From Candidatus Dormiibacterota bacterium (GTDB taxonomy: Bacteria > Chloroflexota > Dormibacteria > CF-121): a stretch of DNA of 64,000 nucleotides. Position 1 is the stretch's first letter; each line of letters starts with the position of its first letter. Under the pieces are notes generated by a model. That model did no database searches. It was not told where the DNA came from and was given only the letters and a program-made list of their open reading frames with translations. A program made the position numbers and the translations under genes. The DNA is taken from positions 1,082 through 65,081 of the forward strand of contig DAIPYJ010000007.1 in NCBI GenBank assembly GCA_036782775.1. The letters run 5' to 3'. Below are positions 35,634 to 44,858 of this stretch, in pieces.

Positions 35634-37088
35634 TCAGACTCTCGCATGCAGGATCGCATCCTTCCGCACTTCCATAAACGCCTGGAGCTGCTCATCGATT
35701 CCCGAGTCGAGACCGGGATCCGCGTAGTCCTTGAGCAGCTGCTTCCACTTCTCGTTGGCGACCCGGTCCGCGGTGCGGGCGCCCATCCGCTGCCAGCGAT
35801 CATAGTTCTCGGTCGAGGAGATCATGGGCCGGTAGAAGCCGCTTCGGTAATGGCGCATCGTGTGCTCCGAGCCGAGGTGATGACCGCCAGGGCCGACCTC
35901 GCGGATTCCGTCCATGGCGAAGCCTTCCTCGTCGAACGGCATGCCTTTCTCGAGCATCCACTCGAACATGCGCAAGGCCTCGACGTCGATGATGAACTTT
36001 TCGTAGGAGGCCAGCAACGCGCTCTCCAGCCAGCCCGCCGCGTGCAGCACAAAGTGCACGCCGCCGAGCACCGTCGGCCACATGCACATCAGCGACTCGT
36101 AGGCGGCCTGCGCGTCCGGCGCTTTGGAGGAAGTCAGCGCTCCGCCGCCGCGAAATGGAATCTTGTAGTGGCGCGCCATCTGGGCGCTGGCCAGGATGCC
36201 CATCGCCGACTCCGGCGTCCCGAACGCCGGGCTGCCCGACTGCATGTCGACATTGGTGAGAAAGGAGCCGTAGATGCAGGGCGCGCCCGGCCGGATCAGC
36301 TGGATCAGGGCGATCCCGGCCAGCGCTTCGGCGGTCTGCTGCGCCAGCGTGCCGGCGAGGCCCATCGGCGACATCGCGCCCGCCATCAAGAAGGGCGTGA
36401 CGATCGCCGGCTGGCCCGCCGCCGCATATTCCATCAGCGCTCCAAGCATTCGATCGTCGTAGCGCAGCGGGCTGTTGACGTTGATCAGCGCCAGCAGGGC
36501 CGGCGTCTTCTCGATGTTGGCGCGGCCCTTGAAGAGGATGGATGCCATCTCGATCGAATCGCGCGCGTTCTCCTCCGAGATGACGCTCCCCATGAACGGT
36601 TTGTCGGTCCACCGGATGTGCGAGTAGACCATGTCGAGGTGCCGCGTTTCGAGCGGCAGGTCCTCGGGCTCGACGATCGTGCCACCGGCGCAATGCAGCT
36701 GCGGCGTTGCCTGCGCCATCTTGTCGAAGTTGGTGAAGTCGGTGATCGACGGATTGCGCCTCCCACGGTCGAGGTCGGTGATGAACGGCGGTCCGTAGAC
36801 CGGCGCGTTGACCATGTGGTTGCCACCGATCGTGATCGTGTTTTTCGGATTGCGCGCCTGCACCTCGAAGCTCGGCGGCAGCGTTTTGATGGCTTCCTCG
36901 ATGAAGGCCCGGTCGAAACGAACGCGCTGGTCCTCCACCTTCAGGCCGGCGCGGCGATAGATGTCGAGCGCGCGGGGATGGAGGAAGTCGATGCCGATCT
37001 CCTCGAGGATCCCCATCGCGTGGTCGTGAATCTGCTGCACCTGCTCCCGGGAGAGCAGGTCATAGCGGGTCAGCGTATTAGTCCACAT
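35634..37088 (-). CDS. MttB-superfamily methyltransferase without pyrrolysine (quaternary-amine:corrinoid methyltransferase, MtgB-like)
   Basis: 484 aa from the ATG at 37086-37088 (5 nt after the upstream stop). The N-terminus LSREQVQQIHDHAMGILEEIGIDF is typical of the MttB family. The ORF is uninterrupted, with no in-frame amber codon. Confidence 0.7.
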   Translation of the reverse strand: MWTNTLTRYDLLSREQVQQIHDHAMGILEEIGIDFLHPRALDIYRRAGLKVEDQRVRFDRAFIEEAIKTLPPSFEVQARNPKNTITIGGNHMVNAPVYGPPFITDLDRGRRNPSITDFTNFDKMAQATPQLHCAGGTIVEPEDLPLETRHLDMVYSHIRWTDKPFMGSVISEENARDSIEMASILFKGRANIEKTPALLALINVNSPLRYDDRMLGALMEYAAAGQPAIVTPFLMAGAMSPMGLAGTLAQQTAEALAGIALIQLIRPGAPCIYGSFLTNVDMQSGSPAFGTPESAMGILASAQMARHYKIPFRGGGALTSSKAPDAQAAYESLMCMWPTVLGGVHFVLHAAGWLESALLASYEKFIIDVEALRMFEWMLEKGMPFDEEGFAMDGIREVGPGGHHLGSEHTMRHYRSGFYRPMISSTENYDRWQRMGARTADRVANEKWKQLLKDYADPGLDSGIDEQLQAFMEVRKDAILHARV

Positions 37089-37093
37089 GCCGA

Positions 37094-38311
37094 TCAGGAG
37101 CCGGCGTGCGCCAGCTGCCGCGCGACCTTGCGGTGGCGGCCGGCCTCGAAGGCGCGCGCGTAGATCCTTTCGTAGTTCTTGGCATCGACGTCCCGCGGGT
37201 TGCCGATCGTCTGTGAATCTTCCTCGGCTTTCTTGGCGAGCAGTGGAATTTCCTCTTCGGCAAACCCGAGCTCGTTGAGCGACGGGATGTCGAGGTCCTC
37301 GGTGAGCCGGTAGACGTACTCGACGGCGGCCTCGGCCGCCTGCCACATCGTCTTGTTCGTCAGGTCGAGGTTCAGCGCCTGCGCGATGCGGGCGAAGCGC
37401 TCCGGTTCGCCCGAATAGTTGTATTCCATGACCGGTGCCAGCAGCCGCCCGGTGAGCGCCCCATGCGGCGCGTCGTGCACGCCTCCGGCGCTCTGGCTCA
37501 TGGCGTGGGCGGCGCCGGCGGAGTCAGTGCCGTAGGCGAGGCCGGCGAGCATCGCCGCCATGCTCATGTGGTAGCGAGCCTCGAGGTTGTGCCCCTGCGA
37601 GTAGGCAACCCGCAGCCAGCGCGCGCAGTATTCCATCGCGTGCAGCGCGACGGCGTCGGTGAACGGCTGATGGTAGGCCATCGTGTAGCACTCGATGGCG
37701 TGCGTCAACGCGTCCATCCCGGTTCCGGCGGTGACGCCCGACGGCAGATTGACGCTCAGTTGCGGGTCGATCAGCGCCACCCAGGCGGCGATGTTCGGCA
37801 TGCCACCGACGTTGAACTTGATCTTCCGGTCGGGGTCGGTGATGACCGCCCATAGGGTCACCTCACTTCCCGTTCCGGCGGTGGTGGGGACGGCGACCAG
37901 CGGTGGAATGCGCGAATGGATGGGCTGTTTGCCCCACTCGTAGTCGACGATGCTGCCGCCGTGCACGGCGACCACCCCGATCCCCTTGGCGCAGTCGATC
38001 GAGCTCCCGCCGCCGATGGCGACCATCCCGTCGCAGCGCTCGCTCTTGTAATAGGCGGCGCCCGCATCGACCAGCCGGATGGCAGGGTTGGCGCGCACCT
38101 GGTCGTAGGTGACAGGGTCGAGACCGGCGGCGCGAAGCGGCTGGAGTGCTTCCTCGAGCAATCCCGCTTTGACGATGCCCTGGTCGGTGACGACCAGCGG
38201 GCGTTTGACGTTGAGCGCGGCCGTCTCCGAGCCGAGCTGGCCGATCGCGCCGATGGCGTGCGCCATCCGGGTTGGCGATTGGTAGGCCTTCAGGACATTG
38301 TCAAGCACCAA
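37094..38311 (-). CDS. iron-containing (type III) alcohol dehydrogenase (choline dehydrogenase candidate, GbsB-like)
   Basis: Fe-ADH motifs GGGSSIDCAKG and the His cluster HAIECYTMAYHQP...HAM. Confidence 0.75.
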   Translation of the reverse strand: MVLDNVLKAYQSPTRMAHAIGAIGQLGSETAALNVKRPLVVTDQGIVKAGLLEEALQPLRAAGLDPVTYDQVRANPAIRLVDAGAAYYKSERCDGMVAIGGGSSIDCAKGIGVVAVHGGSIVDYEWGKQPIHSRIPPLVAVPTTAGTGSEVTLWAVITDPDRKIKFNVGGMPNIAAWVALIDPQLSVNLPSGVTAGTGMDALTHAIECYTMAYHQPFTDAVALHAMEYCARWLRVAYSQGHNLEARYHMSMAAMLAGLAYGTDSAGAAHAMSQSAGGVHDAPHGALTGRLLAPVMEYNYSGEPERFARIAQALNLDLTNKTMWQAAEAAVEYVYRLTEDLDIPSLNELGFAEEEIPLLAKKAEEDSQTIGNPRDVDAKNYERIYARAFEAGRHRKVARQLAHAGS

Positions 38312-38377
38312 CGAAATTCATCCTCCTTCGATTTGACGCACGGGCGGAGCACTTGCGCTCCGCCCTTTTCTCGACGA

Positions 38378-40009
38378 TTACTCGACTGGAATCTCGCGAT
38401 GGATCGCACGCAGGTCGATGCCTTGCGAGCGACGGTAGAAGAAGGCGCCAACGTAGACGATGAGCGCGAGCGCGTACATCGCTCCGAGGTAGATAAACGA
38501 CTTCGAGTTGTTCAAGCCGTAGGTGGAGTTCGTCAACCAGGCCCACAGGTTGAAGACGAGGAAGATCCCCATGACCGCCGCCGACAGCGTGATCACCGGC
38601 ACGCCGGCGATGCGAAGGTCCCTGATCGGCGAGTTGTTGAAGATATGCGGCCGTCTCCAGGGCAGGATCGCGGAGGCGACGATCGTCCCCAGGTAGGTGA
38701 CGGCGATGACGAGGGTGGCGTCGAGGACCAGGGTGCTGAATCCGTTCAGGTAGGCGTACAGCGCGCTGACCACCAGCGCCGGGACCACCATCAAGAGCAG
38801 CGCGCCGTAGGGGACGCGTCGCTTGGCCGAGATGTTTGCGGCCCACTCCGGGAGCACGCGGTCGAAGGCCGCGGCAAAGATGACGCGAGTCGAGGAGAGG
38901 AAGAGTGTGCCGGACCAGCCCCAGAACCAGACGCTCATGACCGCGAGGAGGACGAACTGGAAAGCGCGGTTGTCGACCAGCCAGCCGGTCAGCATCACCG
39001 GATGCGGCCAGATTGGAATCGGCGCGTTCGGGACCCCGTTGATGTTGTTGTAGAGAGCGGCCTGAAAGAATTCCCAGCCGATCGTCTTGGCGAAGAGCAG
39101 TAGGACCACCGCGGACAGAATGACGGTCGCCCAGAGGCCCCAAAACATGCTGCTGAAGATGCGCCGGTAATCGCGCGTCCCCCGAACTTCGCCATAGAGC
39201 GTGGCCCCCCAGTTGGGCCAGAGCAGATAGAAGAGGAGGAAGGGGACGATGGTCGCGGTTGGGAGCAGGTCAAAGGCATTGAAGCCGGTCTTGCCGTAGC
39301 CCGCCTTGACCGCGACGTCGATCGTCTTCTGATAGACGTCGCCGCTGGTGCCGAAAATGGCGGCCGATTGCTTATTGATGGCTGCCTGCATCGCGTGCTG
39401 GTCGTTGAAGAGCAGCAGCAGCGCCATAACAGCCAGTCCCGCCAGCCCGACGTAGAAACAGAACTTCTGGATGCGGGCGTAGCCTTCCATGCCCATGGTG
39501 ACGTAGACGCTCACGAACGCCAGCACGATCAGGCAGGCGACGAAAAGGCCCGTCCCGGTGCTGGGGCTGAAGAAGGTAGCCCAGTCAGTGCGGCCGATGG
39601 TCGCCGTCAACGGAGCCAGCACCTGCTGGTTGAGGATGCCGGCATAAATCGGCGTCCAGTGCCAGAGGATGAACCACCAGCCCGTCATCGAGAGGACGAA
39701 GGCCGGGCCACCTCCGAGCACGCGGCTCTGCCAGGTGTAATCTCCGCCGGCCCGCGGCATCGCCGCCACCAGGGCCGCATAGGTGATGACCAGGAATGAG
39801 ACGAAGACACCCGTACCAGCCAGGGCAACCAGAACATTGCCGCCGCTGACGGCGCTGATAAACCCGAACGCGCCAAATCCAAGCGCGACGAGGTTGACCG
39901 ACATGAATGAATAGACGAAGGCGTCGAAGCCGGACCACGCCTTGACGAGGCCGGTGGCGTTGCGTAAGAACAGCGTCTGCCGCGGCGGAGCTGCTGTCGT
40001 TGTCGCCAT
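38378..40009 (-). CDS. APC-superfamily permease (candidate choline/quaternary-amine importer)
   Basis: 543 aa with 12-14 TM helices and the amino-acid-permease fold (FDAFVYSFMSVNLVALGFGAF...). Confidence 0.65.
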   Translation of the reverse strand: MATTTAAPPRQTLFLRNATGLVKAWSGFDAFVYSFMSVNLVALGFGAFGFISAVSGGNVLVALAGTGVFVSFLVITYAALVAAMPRAGGDYTWQSRVLGGGPAFVLSMTGWWFILWHWTPIYAGILNQQVLAPLTATIGRTDWATFFSPSTGTGLFVACLIVLAFVSVYVTMGMEGYARIQKFCFYVGLAGLAVMALLLLFNDQHAMQAAINKQSAAIFGTSGDVYQKTIDVAVKAGYGKTGFNAFDLLPTATIVPFLLFYLLWPNWGATLYGEVRGTRDYRRIFSSMFWGLWATVILSAVVLLLFAKTIGWEFFQAALYNNINGVPNAPIPIWPHPVMLTGWLVDNRAFQFVLLAVMSVWFWGWSGTLFLSSTRVIFAAAFDRVLPEWAANISAKRRVPYGALLLMVVPALVVSALYAYLNGFSTLVLDATLVIAVTYLGTIVASAILPWRRPHIFNNSPIRDLRIAGVPVITLSAAVMGIFLVFNLWAWLTNSTYGLNNSKSFIYLGAMYALALIVYVGAFFYRRSQGIDLRAIHREIPVE

Positions 40010-40083
40010 GTTTACCTCCGTTTGGATTGATTCCCGCAGTACGCTCTGATCAACGCTGCGTTTTTGCTTTAGATCTTCACCTC

Positions 40084-41016
40084 CTAGCCGTTGACCAGCT
40101 GGTAGTTCTTGATGCCTTTTTTCTGGTCGAGCTCGATGACTGACGCCAGCAAGAGGCCTTCTTCGTAAGCGCTGCCGGGATTGATGGCCAGGGTTTTTCC
40201 GATACGCGTGATCCCCTTGCCTTCGTGGATGTGGCCGTGGAGCGAAAGCAGCGGCTGGTATTTATCGATCGCCTCGCGAACCGCCATCGAGCCCACATGC
40301 CGGAGCGCCCGGCCGCCGTGCATCGGACGCAGATTCTCATCCAAAGCCGGCGCCTCGTCGAGATTGGTTCCGTAGGGGGGCGGATGAAAGTTGAAGATCG
40401 CGCGGCTCATGTCCTTGATCTCCCGGATCATCGGCTCCATCCGTTTCGTCAGCTCTTCCTCGGGCGCCTCGCGATAGGTGTGCCAGGGTGTTGGATTGGC
40501 CCACCCCGACGCGATCATCTCGTAGCCGCCGATATCGATACACCGTCCCTCCGCCAGCTCAACCCGCTTCGCATTTGCGATGACCTCATCGATCTCGATC
40601 TCGTCATCGTTGCCGGGAGCCACGAAGACACGGATCTTGCTGTCTTTGAGCTTCTCCTCGGCGAGTTGCATCCAGCGCTCGACCGTCTTGCACATCTCTT
40701 CGGTGAAGAGGGTCTGAACCTTCTGCGGATCCTGCTCGAGCTCGGCGACCTGCGCCGACGTCATTCGAACCGGGTAGTAGCCCTTGCGCTGGACCTGAGT
40801 CTCCACATCGGCAACCTCATCGCGATGCACCCGCTGTGAGACGCCGGACAGGGTCAGCTCATAGCTGTCGCCATCCTCGACCAGCGGGATCATGGCTTTG
40901 CCTGTCATGTCGCCGCCGCAGATCAGGACGTCGGCGTTGAAGAACTTTGCGGCATTGAGGAATTTGCGCCAGCAGACCTCCGATCCGTGCAGGTCGGTCG
41001 CGTAGAAAACTCTCAC
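40084..41016 (-). CDS. metallophosphoesterase (calcineurin-like)
   Basis: Shows the pattern MRVFYATDLHGS...GGDMTGK...GNDD...HGHIHEG. Confidence 0.7.
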   Translation of the reverse strand: MRVFYATDLHGSEVCWRKFLNAAKFFNADVLICGGDMTGKAMIPLVEDGDSYELTLSGVSQRVHRDEVADVETQVQRKGYYPVRMTSAQVAELEQDPQKVQTLFTEEMCKTVERWMQLAEEKLKDSKIRVFVAPGNDDEIEIDEVIANAKRVELAEGRCIDIGGYEMIASGWANPTPWHTYREAPEEELTKRMEPMIREIKDMSRAIFNFHPPPYGTNLDEAPALDENLRPMHGGRALRHVGSMAVREAIDKYQPLLSLHGHIHEGKGITRIGKTLAINPGSAYEEGLLLASVIELDQKKGIKNYQLVNG

Positions 41017-41025
41017 CTCTTCCTC

Positions 41026-41673
41026 CTACAGCACTTTCCGAATCGCTTGCTCGAAGCCGCTGACGTGCTGGCGCATCAGCACGGCCGCCCGATCGCCGTC
41101 ACGGGCCACGATCGCCGCCAGCAGCTGGCGATGCTCTTCCACCGCCGCCTTGAGGCGCACCCCCCGGTCGAGCGCGAGGAACCAGATGCGCAGGCTCAGG
41201 TTGAAGTTCTCTTCCAGCATCGTCGTGAGAAAGCTGTTGCGGGTTGCCTGGTAAACCTGCCCGTGGATCTGCTGGTCGAGGCGCATCAGCGTGTGCACGT
41301 CCGAGTCATCGATCGTGTCGAGCTCGGCCATCAGGCTTTCCATCCGAGCCCGCTCGCGGGCGGTGGCGCGCTCGGCGGCCAGGCGCGCGGCACACCCTTC
41401 CAGCTCGATCCGGACTTCGGTCAGCCGGTGCAGGTCGGTGAGGTTGATGTCGCAGACGAAGGTGCCGCGGTGAGGAACGAAGCTGACCAGGTTCTCGTGC
41501 GCGAGACGCTGCAAGGCCTCGCGAATGGGCGTCCGTCCCAATCCGAGCTGCTCGCGCAGGCGGCCCTCCTCGATCACCGAGCCCGGGGCCAGTTGCAAGG
41601 TCACGATCTGATCCCGGATCAACAGGTAGGCTCGCTCGCTCTGCGAGCGTGCGGATGCCGATTGCAGCACGAC
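41026..41673 (-). CDS. GntR-family transcriptional regulator (FadR/FCD subfamily)
   Basis: Winged HTH ...AYLLIRDQIVTLQLAPGSVIEEGRLREQLGLGRTPIREALQRL..., then an FCD domain. A GTG start near 41671 is preferred over the long ORF. Confidence 0.7.
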   Translation of the reverse strand, partial: VVLQSASARSQSERAYLLIRDQIVTLQLAPGSVIEEGRLREQLGLGRTPIREALQRLAHENLVSFVPHRGTFVCDINLTDLHRLTEVRIELEGCAARLAAERATARERARMESLMAELDTIDDSDVHTLMRLDQQIHGQVYQATRNSFLTTMLEENFNLSLRIWFLALDRGVRLKAAVEEHRQLLAAIVARDGDRAAVLMRQHVSGFEQAIRKVL

Positions 41674-41753
41674 CGTGTGCAACGGCGCGCTGGTCGAGCG
41701 CGGCCGCAGCGGACGAGCGGTTCTTAGTTCGCTCGCCAAGGCTTCCCCTCCCT

Positions 41754-41789
41754 TGTATATCGGCCGTACATCACGGATATATCGGCCGT
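41754..41789. promoter_or_regulatory. candidate GntR operator / divergent promoter region
   Basis: Direct repeats ATATCGGCCGT at 41757-41767 and 41779-41789, 22 nt apart. The first is embedded in TGTA-N9-TACA. The region has AT-rich TATAT boxes. Confidence 0.35.
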
Positions 41790-41866
41790 TCCGAACGCTA
41801 GCACGAGGTCGAAGAGTGGTCAAGGACTTTTGTGCGAAAACCGAGGCAGCGTGCTATGAAAGACGA

Positions 41867-42301
41867 ATGCCGACGGTGCATTTCCAGGTTGAGACCGATC
41901 AGCCACCCGAACGGGTCCTGGCGCTGCTAACGGACTTCAGTGATCGCCGGCCGGAGCTGTATGGAAACATCGATCGGGGCCATTTCAAGGTGCATGGCCA
42001 GGGCCCGGGTTGGGCGGACGTCACTGAGGGGAACGTTTTGGCCTGGGAGCGCAGCCATTACGACTGGGATGCCTCGAGTGGGCAGGTCACCGTCCAAACC
42101 GTCGAGTCGGACAGCTGGCGTCCGGGGAGCCGCTGGGAATATCGCCTGCAGCCTCGGGCGAACGGTGGCACGCAGGTCGACGTCACGGTCGTTCGGCTGC
42201 CGCGCACCCTGCGCGGTCGGCTGATCGCGATCGGCCTCCCCTTCCTGGGGCGCCGGGTCCTCCGGCGCGATCTGGAGCGCGTCCTTCGCACGAGCCAGTA
42301 G
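41867..42301 (+). CDS. SRPBCC (START/Bet v1-like polyketide-cyclase fold) family protein
   Basis: About 144 aa. It has the typical pattern: a hydrophobic N-terminus, then a Trp-rich beta-grip region. Confidence 0.5.
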   Translation: MPTVHFQVETDQPPERVLALLTDFSDRRPELYGNIDRGHFKVHGQGPGWADVTEGNVLAWERSHYDWDASSGQVTVQTVESDSWRPGSRWEYRLQPRANGGTQVDVTVVRLPRTLRGRLIAIGLPFLGRRVLRRDLERVLRTSQ

Positions 42302-42345
42302 TTCGATACCCTCCGCCCCCCTGGGGCGTTGCATGGAGGAAGCGG

Positions 42346-43302
42346 ATGGCAAGCGTTGAGCGGCTCCGAACGGCGGGCGCTCGACCGTTCCCAGGGAGGC
42401 GGCTTGCCATCCGTCTCGCGCTTGCGATCATCCTCCTTGTGGTGCTGATTTATGCGGCGGTCTCGCTGGGCATGGCCTATCAGCTCACGCTGGGCAACCA
42501 CAAGCCGCTCGGCGCCGACGGCAGCATCGTCGAGACGCCGTTCGAGAACGTCAGCTTCCCAAGCCGAGTCGATGCCATCACCTTGCGTGGCTGGCTCTTC
42601 AGGGCGCCGTCGCTGACCGGGCGAAGCGCGGTCATCGTGCACGGCTTCCGGCAGAACCGGGTGAATGCCGACCTCGATGCCGTCGATCTGAGCAAAAGCC
42701 TGCTGGCGCATGGCTATGACGTCCTGCTCTTCGACCTGCGGTCCTGCGGGACCAGCAGTGGGGACCGGTTCACGCTCGGCACCCTCGAACCGCGGGACCT
42801 GCTTGGCGCCTATGACTTCTTGCTGAGACGGCACTACAGCCCCGGAAAGATGGCGATCATCGGCGACAGCGAGGGAGCCGCGACCGTGATCGGCGCCGCC
42901 AAGGACCTCGGCGCGGTGGGCGCGCTGGTGGCGGATAGCAGCTTTGCCGAGCTCAAGCCGATCATCGACATGCACCTGCCGCAGAACACCAGCCTTCCGC
43001 CGATCTTCTTTCCAGGCGGCGAGATTGCCAGCGAGCTGTTTGGCCTCGATCCGTTCCTGCGGCCGGTGGACGAGATTCGGGCGCTACCCTCGCGAGCCTT
43101 CCTCTTTTTCCATGGAAGCGCCGACGGCTACGTTCCGCTCTCCCATGCCAGAGAACTGAAAGATGCGTCGGCGAATCCAGAGTCAGAGCTGGTGATCGTC
43201 ACCGGAGCTGACCACGTGAAGAGCTACCGGACGAATCCGACTCTCTATCTTGCGAGGCTCTACCAATTCCTCGACCAGCAGATCGCCGAGCGCGGCGGCT
43301 GA
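42346..43302 (+). CDS. membrane-anchored alpha/beta hydrolase
   Basis: N-terminal TM. Nucleophile elbow GDSEG, plus HG (oxyanion) and a C-terminal His. Confidence 0.7.
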   Translation: MASVERLRTAGARPFPGRRLAIRLALAIILLVVLIYAAVSLGMAYQLTLGNHKPLGADGSIVETPFENVSFPSRVDAITLRGWLFRAPSLTGRSAVIVHGFRQNRVNADLDAVDLSKSLLAHGYDVLLFDLRSCGTSSGDRFTLGTLEPRDLLGAYDFLLRRHYSPGKMAIIGDSEGAATVIGAAKDLGAVGALVADSSFAELKPIIDMHLPQNTSLPPIFFPGGEIASELFGLDPFLRPVDEIRALPSRAFLFFHGSADGYVPLSHARELKDASANPESELVIVTGADHVKSYRTNPTLYLARLYQFLDQQIAERGG

Positions 43303-43307
43303 CAGGC

Positions 43308-43952
43308 TTAGTCTGCGAGGTTGGCCCAGGAGGGGGTCGCAACGGTAAGGAACTCGCCAGCGCCGGGAGCCATGACGAGCGCGACGAGCGCCGTCGAGAT
43401 CCGGTCTGCCCCGAGGACGAAATCCACGCAGCCGCTCGCGATCGCGCTGGCGGGCATCTGGTGACTGTCAGCCGTGGATGGGTCCTGGGCAAGGGTGCGG
43501 CCGCCGGCTCGCTTGACTGCGCGCACTCCCCGGGTGCCGTCCCGACCGGTGCCGCTCAAAATCACGGCGATGGTGGCCGAGCCGTGCTTCGCCGATGCAC
43601 TGCAGAGGAGTTCGTCGCCGTCATGGGCAGTGCCGTCCGTGTGGCACAAGAGGAGGCAATCGGAGCTATCGAGCCGAGCCGTCTCGCCGGGGGGGATGAC
43701 GGTCACCCCGGCCTGCGCTAACCGGCCGTTGCCGCCGGTTCGAACCGGCAGCCGGGTGCGGGAGGCGAGCAGCCGCGTGAGCCGATCCAGATCATCGGTG
43801 GCGCGCGCGTGGCGGACGACGAGCACCGGCAGCGGAAAATTGGCTGGGAGTCCTCCGAGCACGGCGGCCATCGGCTCCAGGCCGCCGAGCGAACTGACCA
43901 TCACCACCACGCCCGTTCCCGAAGTTCGTGGCTTATGTACGGCGGCTGACAT
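43308..43952 (-). CDS. stand-alone CheB-type protein-glutamate methylesterase catalytic domain
   Basis: VVMVSSLGG (Ser), LVVRHA (His) and ILSGTGRDG...TLAQDPSTADSHQMP (Asp) match the CheB_methylest triad blocks. There is no receiver domain. Confidence 0.65.
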   Translation of the reverse strand: MSAAVHKPRTSGTGVVVMVSSLGGLEPMAAVLGGLPANFPLPVLVVRHARATDDLDRLTRLLASRTRLPVRTGGNGRLAQAGVTVIPPGETARLDSSDCLLLCHTDGTAHDGDELLCSASAKHGSATIAVILSGTGRDGTRGVRAVKRAGGRTLAQDPSTADSHQMPASAIASGCVDFVLGADRISTALVALVMAPGAGEFLTVATPSWANLAD

Positions 43953-44001
43953 TGTTTGCTGAATCTTATCATCCTGCGTCAGCGACCGTACAGATGCGGG
44001 T

Positions 44002-44751
44002 ATGGTGATTTGCATGGTGCGTGCCGCCGCTCGCTCCGACGAAGCGACGGATCTCGAGCTTCGCGAAAACGCCATCTTGGCCGAATTGCCGGTGGGTGAG
44101 CTGGATGCACTGCGTCCCCGACTGCAGCTGATGGATGTCGAGCCCCGCAAGTCGGTATACGACCCGGGAAAACGCATTTCGCACGTCTACTTCCCAACCA
44201 GCGCCGTCTTTTCGCTGGTGGCGATGGCCGGGAGCGGGGCAAGCGTGGAGGTCGCCACCACCGGTCGGGAAGGGATGGTGGGCTTGCCGATCTTCCTGGG
44301 AGCAATGACCAGCCCGCACTCCGCCTTCTGTCAGGTTTCCGGACGCGCGGCTCGCTTGCCCGCGAACGATTTGCTCGCGGTTCTCGGCCGGAACCCGTCG
44401 CTGCACCAGGTCTTGAATCGATTCACGCAAGCAATGATGGTGCAGATCGCCCAGAACGTCCTCTGCAACAACACGCATACGACCGAGCAGCGTTTATGCC
44501 GCTGGTTGCTTACGACCGAGGATCGTGTCGCCAGGCCGACCTTCCAGATAACGCAGGAGTTCATGGCCCAGATGCTCGGTGTTCGACGTCCAACCGTTTC
44601 GGACACCGCCGGCCGCCTGCAGGACCGGGGCCTCATCCGCTACAGCCGCGGCGTCATGACCATCGTTGACCGCGCGAAGATGGAGAAGGCAACCTGTGAC
44701 TGCTATCGCATCGTTAAGGGGGAGTTCGACCAGATCATGCGGCGGAAGTAA
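44002..44751 (+). CDS. Crp/Fnr-family transcriptional regulator
   Basis: cNMP-binding-like beta-roll, then a C-terminal HTH (FQITQEFMAQMLGVRRPTVSDTAGRLQDRGLI). Confidence 0.75.
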   Translation: MVICMVRAAARSDEATDLELRENAILAELPVGELDALRPRLQLMDVEPRKSVYDPGKRISHVYFPTSAVFSLVAMAGSGASVEVATTGREGMVGLPIFLGAMTSPHSAFCQVSGRAARLPANDLLAVLGRNPSLHQVLNRFTQAMMVQIAQNVLCNNTHTTEQRLCRWLLTTEDRVARPTFQITQEFMAQMLGVRRPTVSDTAGRLQDRGLIRYSRGVMTIVDRAKMEKATCDCYRIVKGEFDQIMRRK

Positions 44752-44777
44752 GCGAATCCTCGGCTGACCCCTGGCTG

Positions 44778-44792
44778 TTGCGCCTGACGCAA
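44778..44792. promoter_or_regulatory. inverted repeat TTGCG-N5-CGCAA upstream of the DMGDH gene (candidate Crp/Fnr-family site)
   Basis: Perfect 5-bp arms. It is centred about 46 nt upstream of a putative TSS (TATGCT -10 at 44819-44824, RBS AGGAGGGG at 44845-44852). Confidence 0.3.
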
Positions 44793-44858
44793 TCCTCGAC
44801 GGCGTCATATTTCCTCGCTATGCTTTCCCTCTAACGCGTCCTTAGGAGGGGATCGTCT

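Noticed and set aside
35634-37346. 570-aa ORF extension of the MttB-like gene
   Set aside because: The first 86 residues are Arg/Gly-rich and overlap the 3' end of the Fe-ADH gene. MttB-family homology starts at the ATG at 37086-37088.
43953-44001. TGAATCTTATCA partial palindrome in the CheB/Crp divergent region as a Crp site
   Set aside because: Only 3-bp arms (TGA...TCA). It cannot be distinguished from chance.
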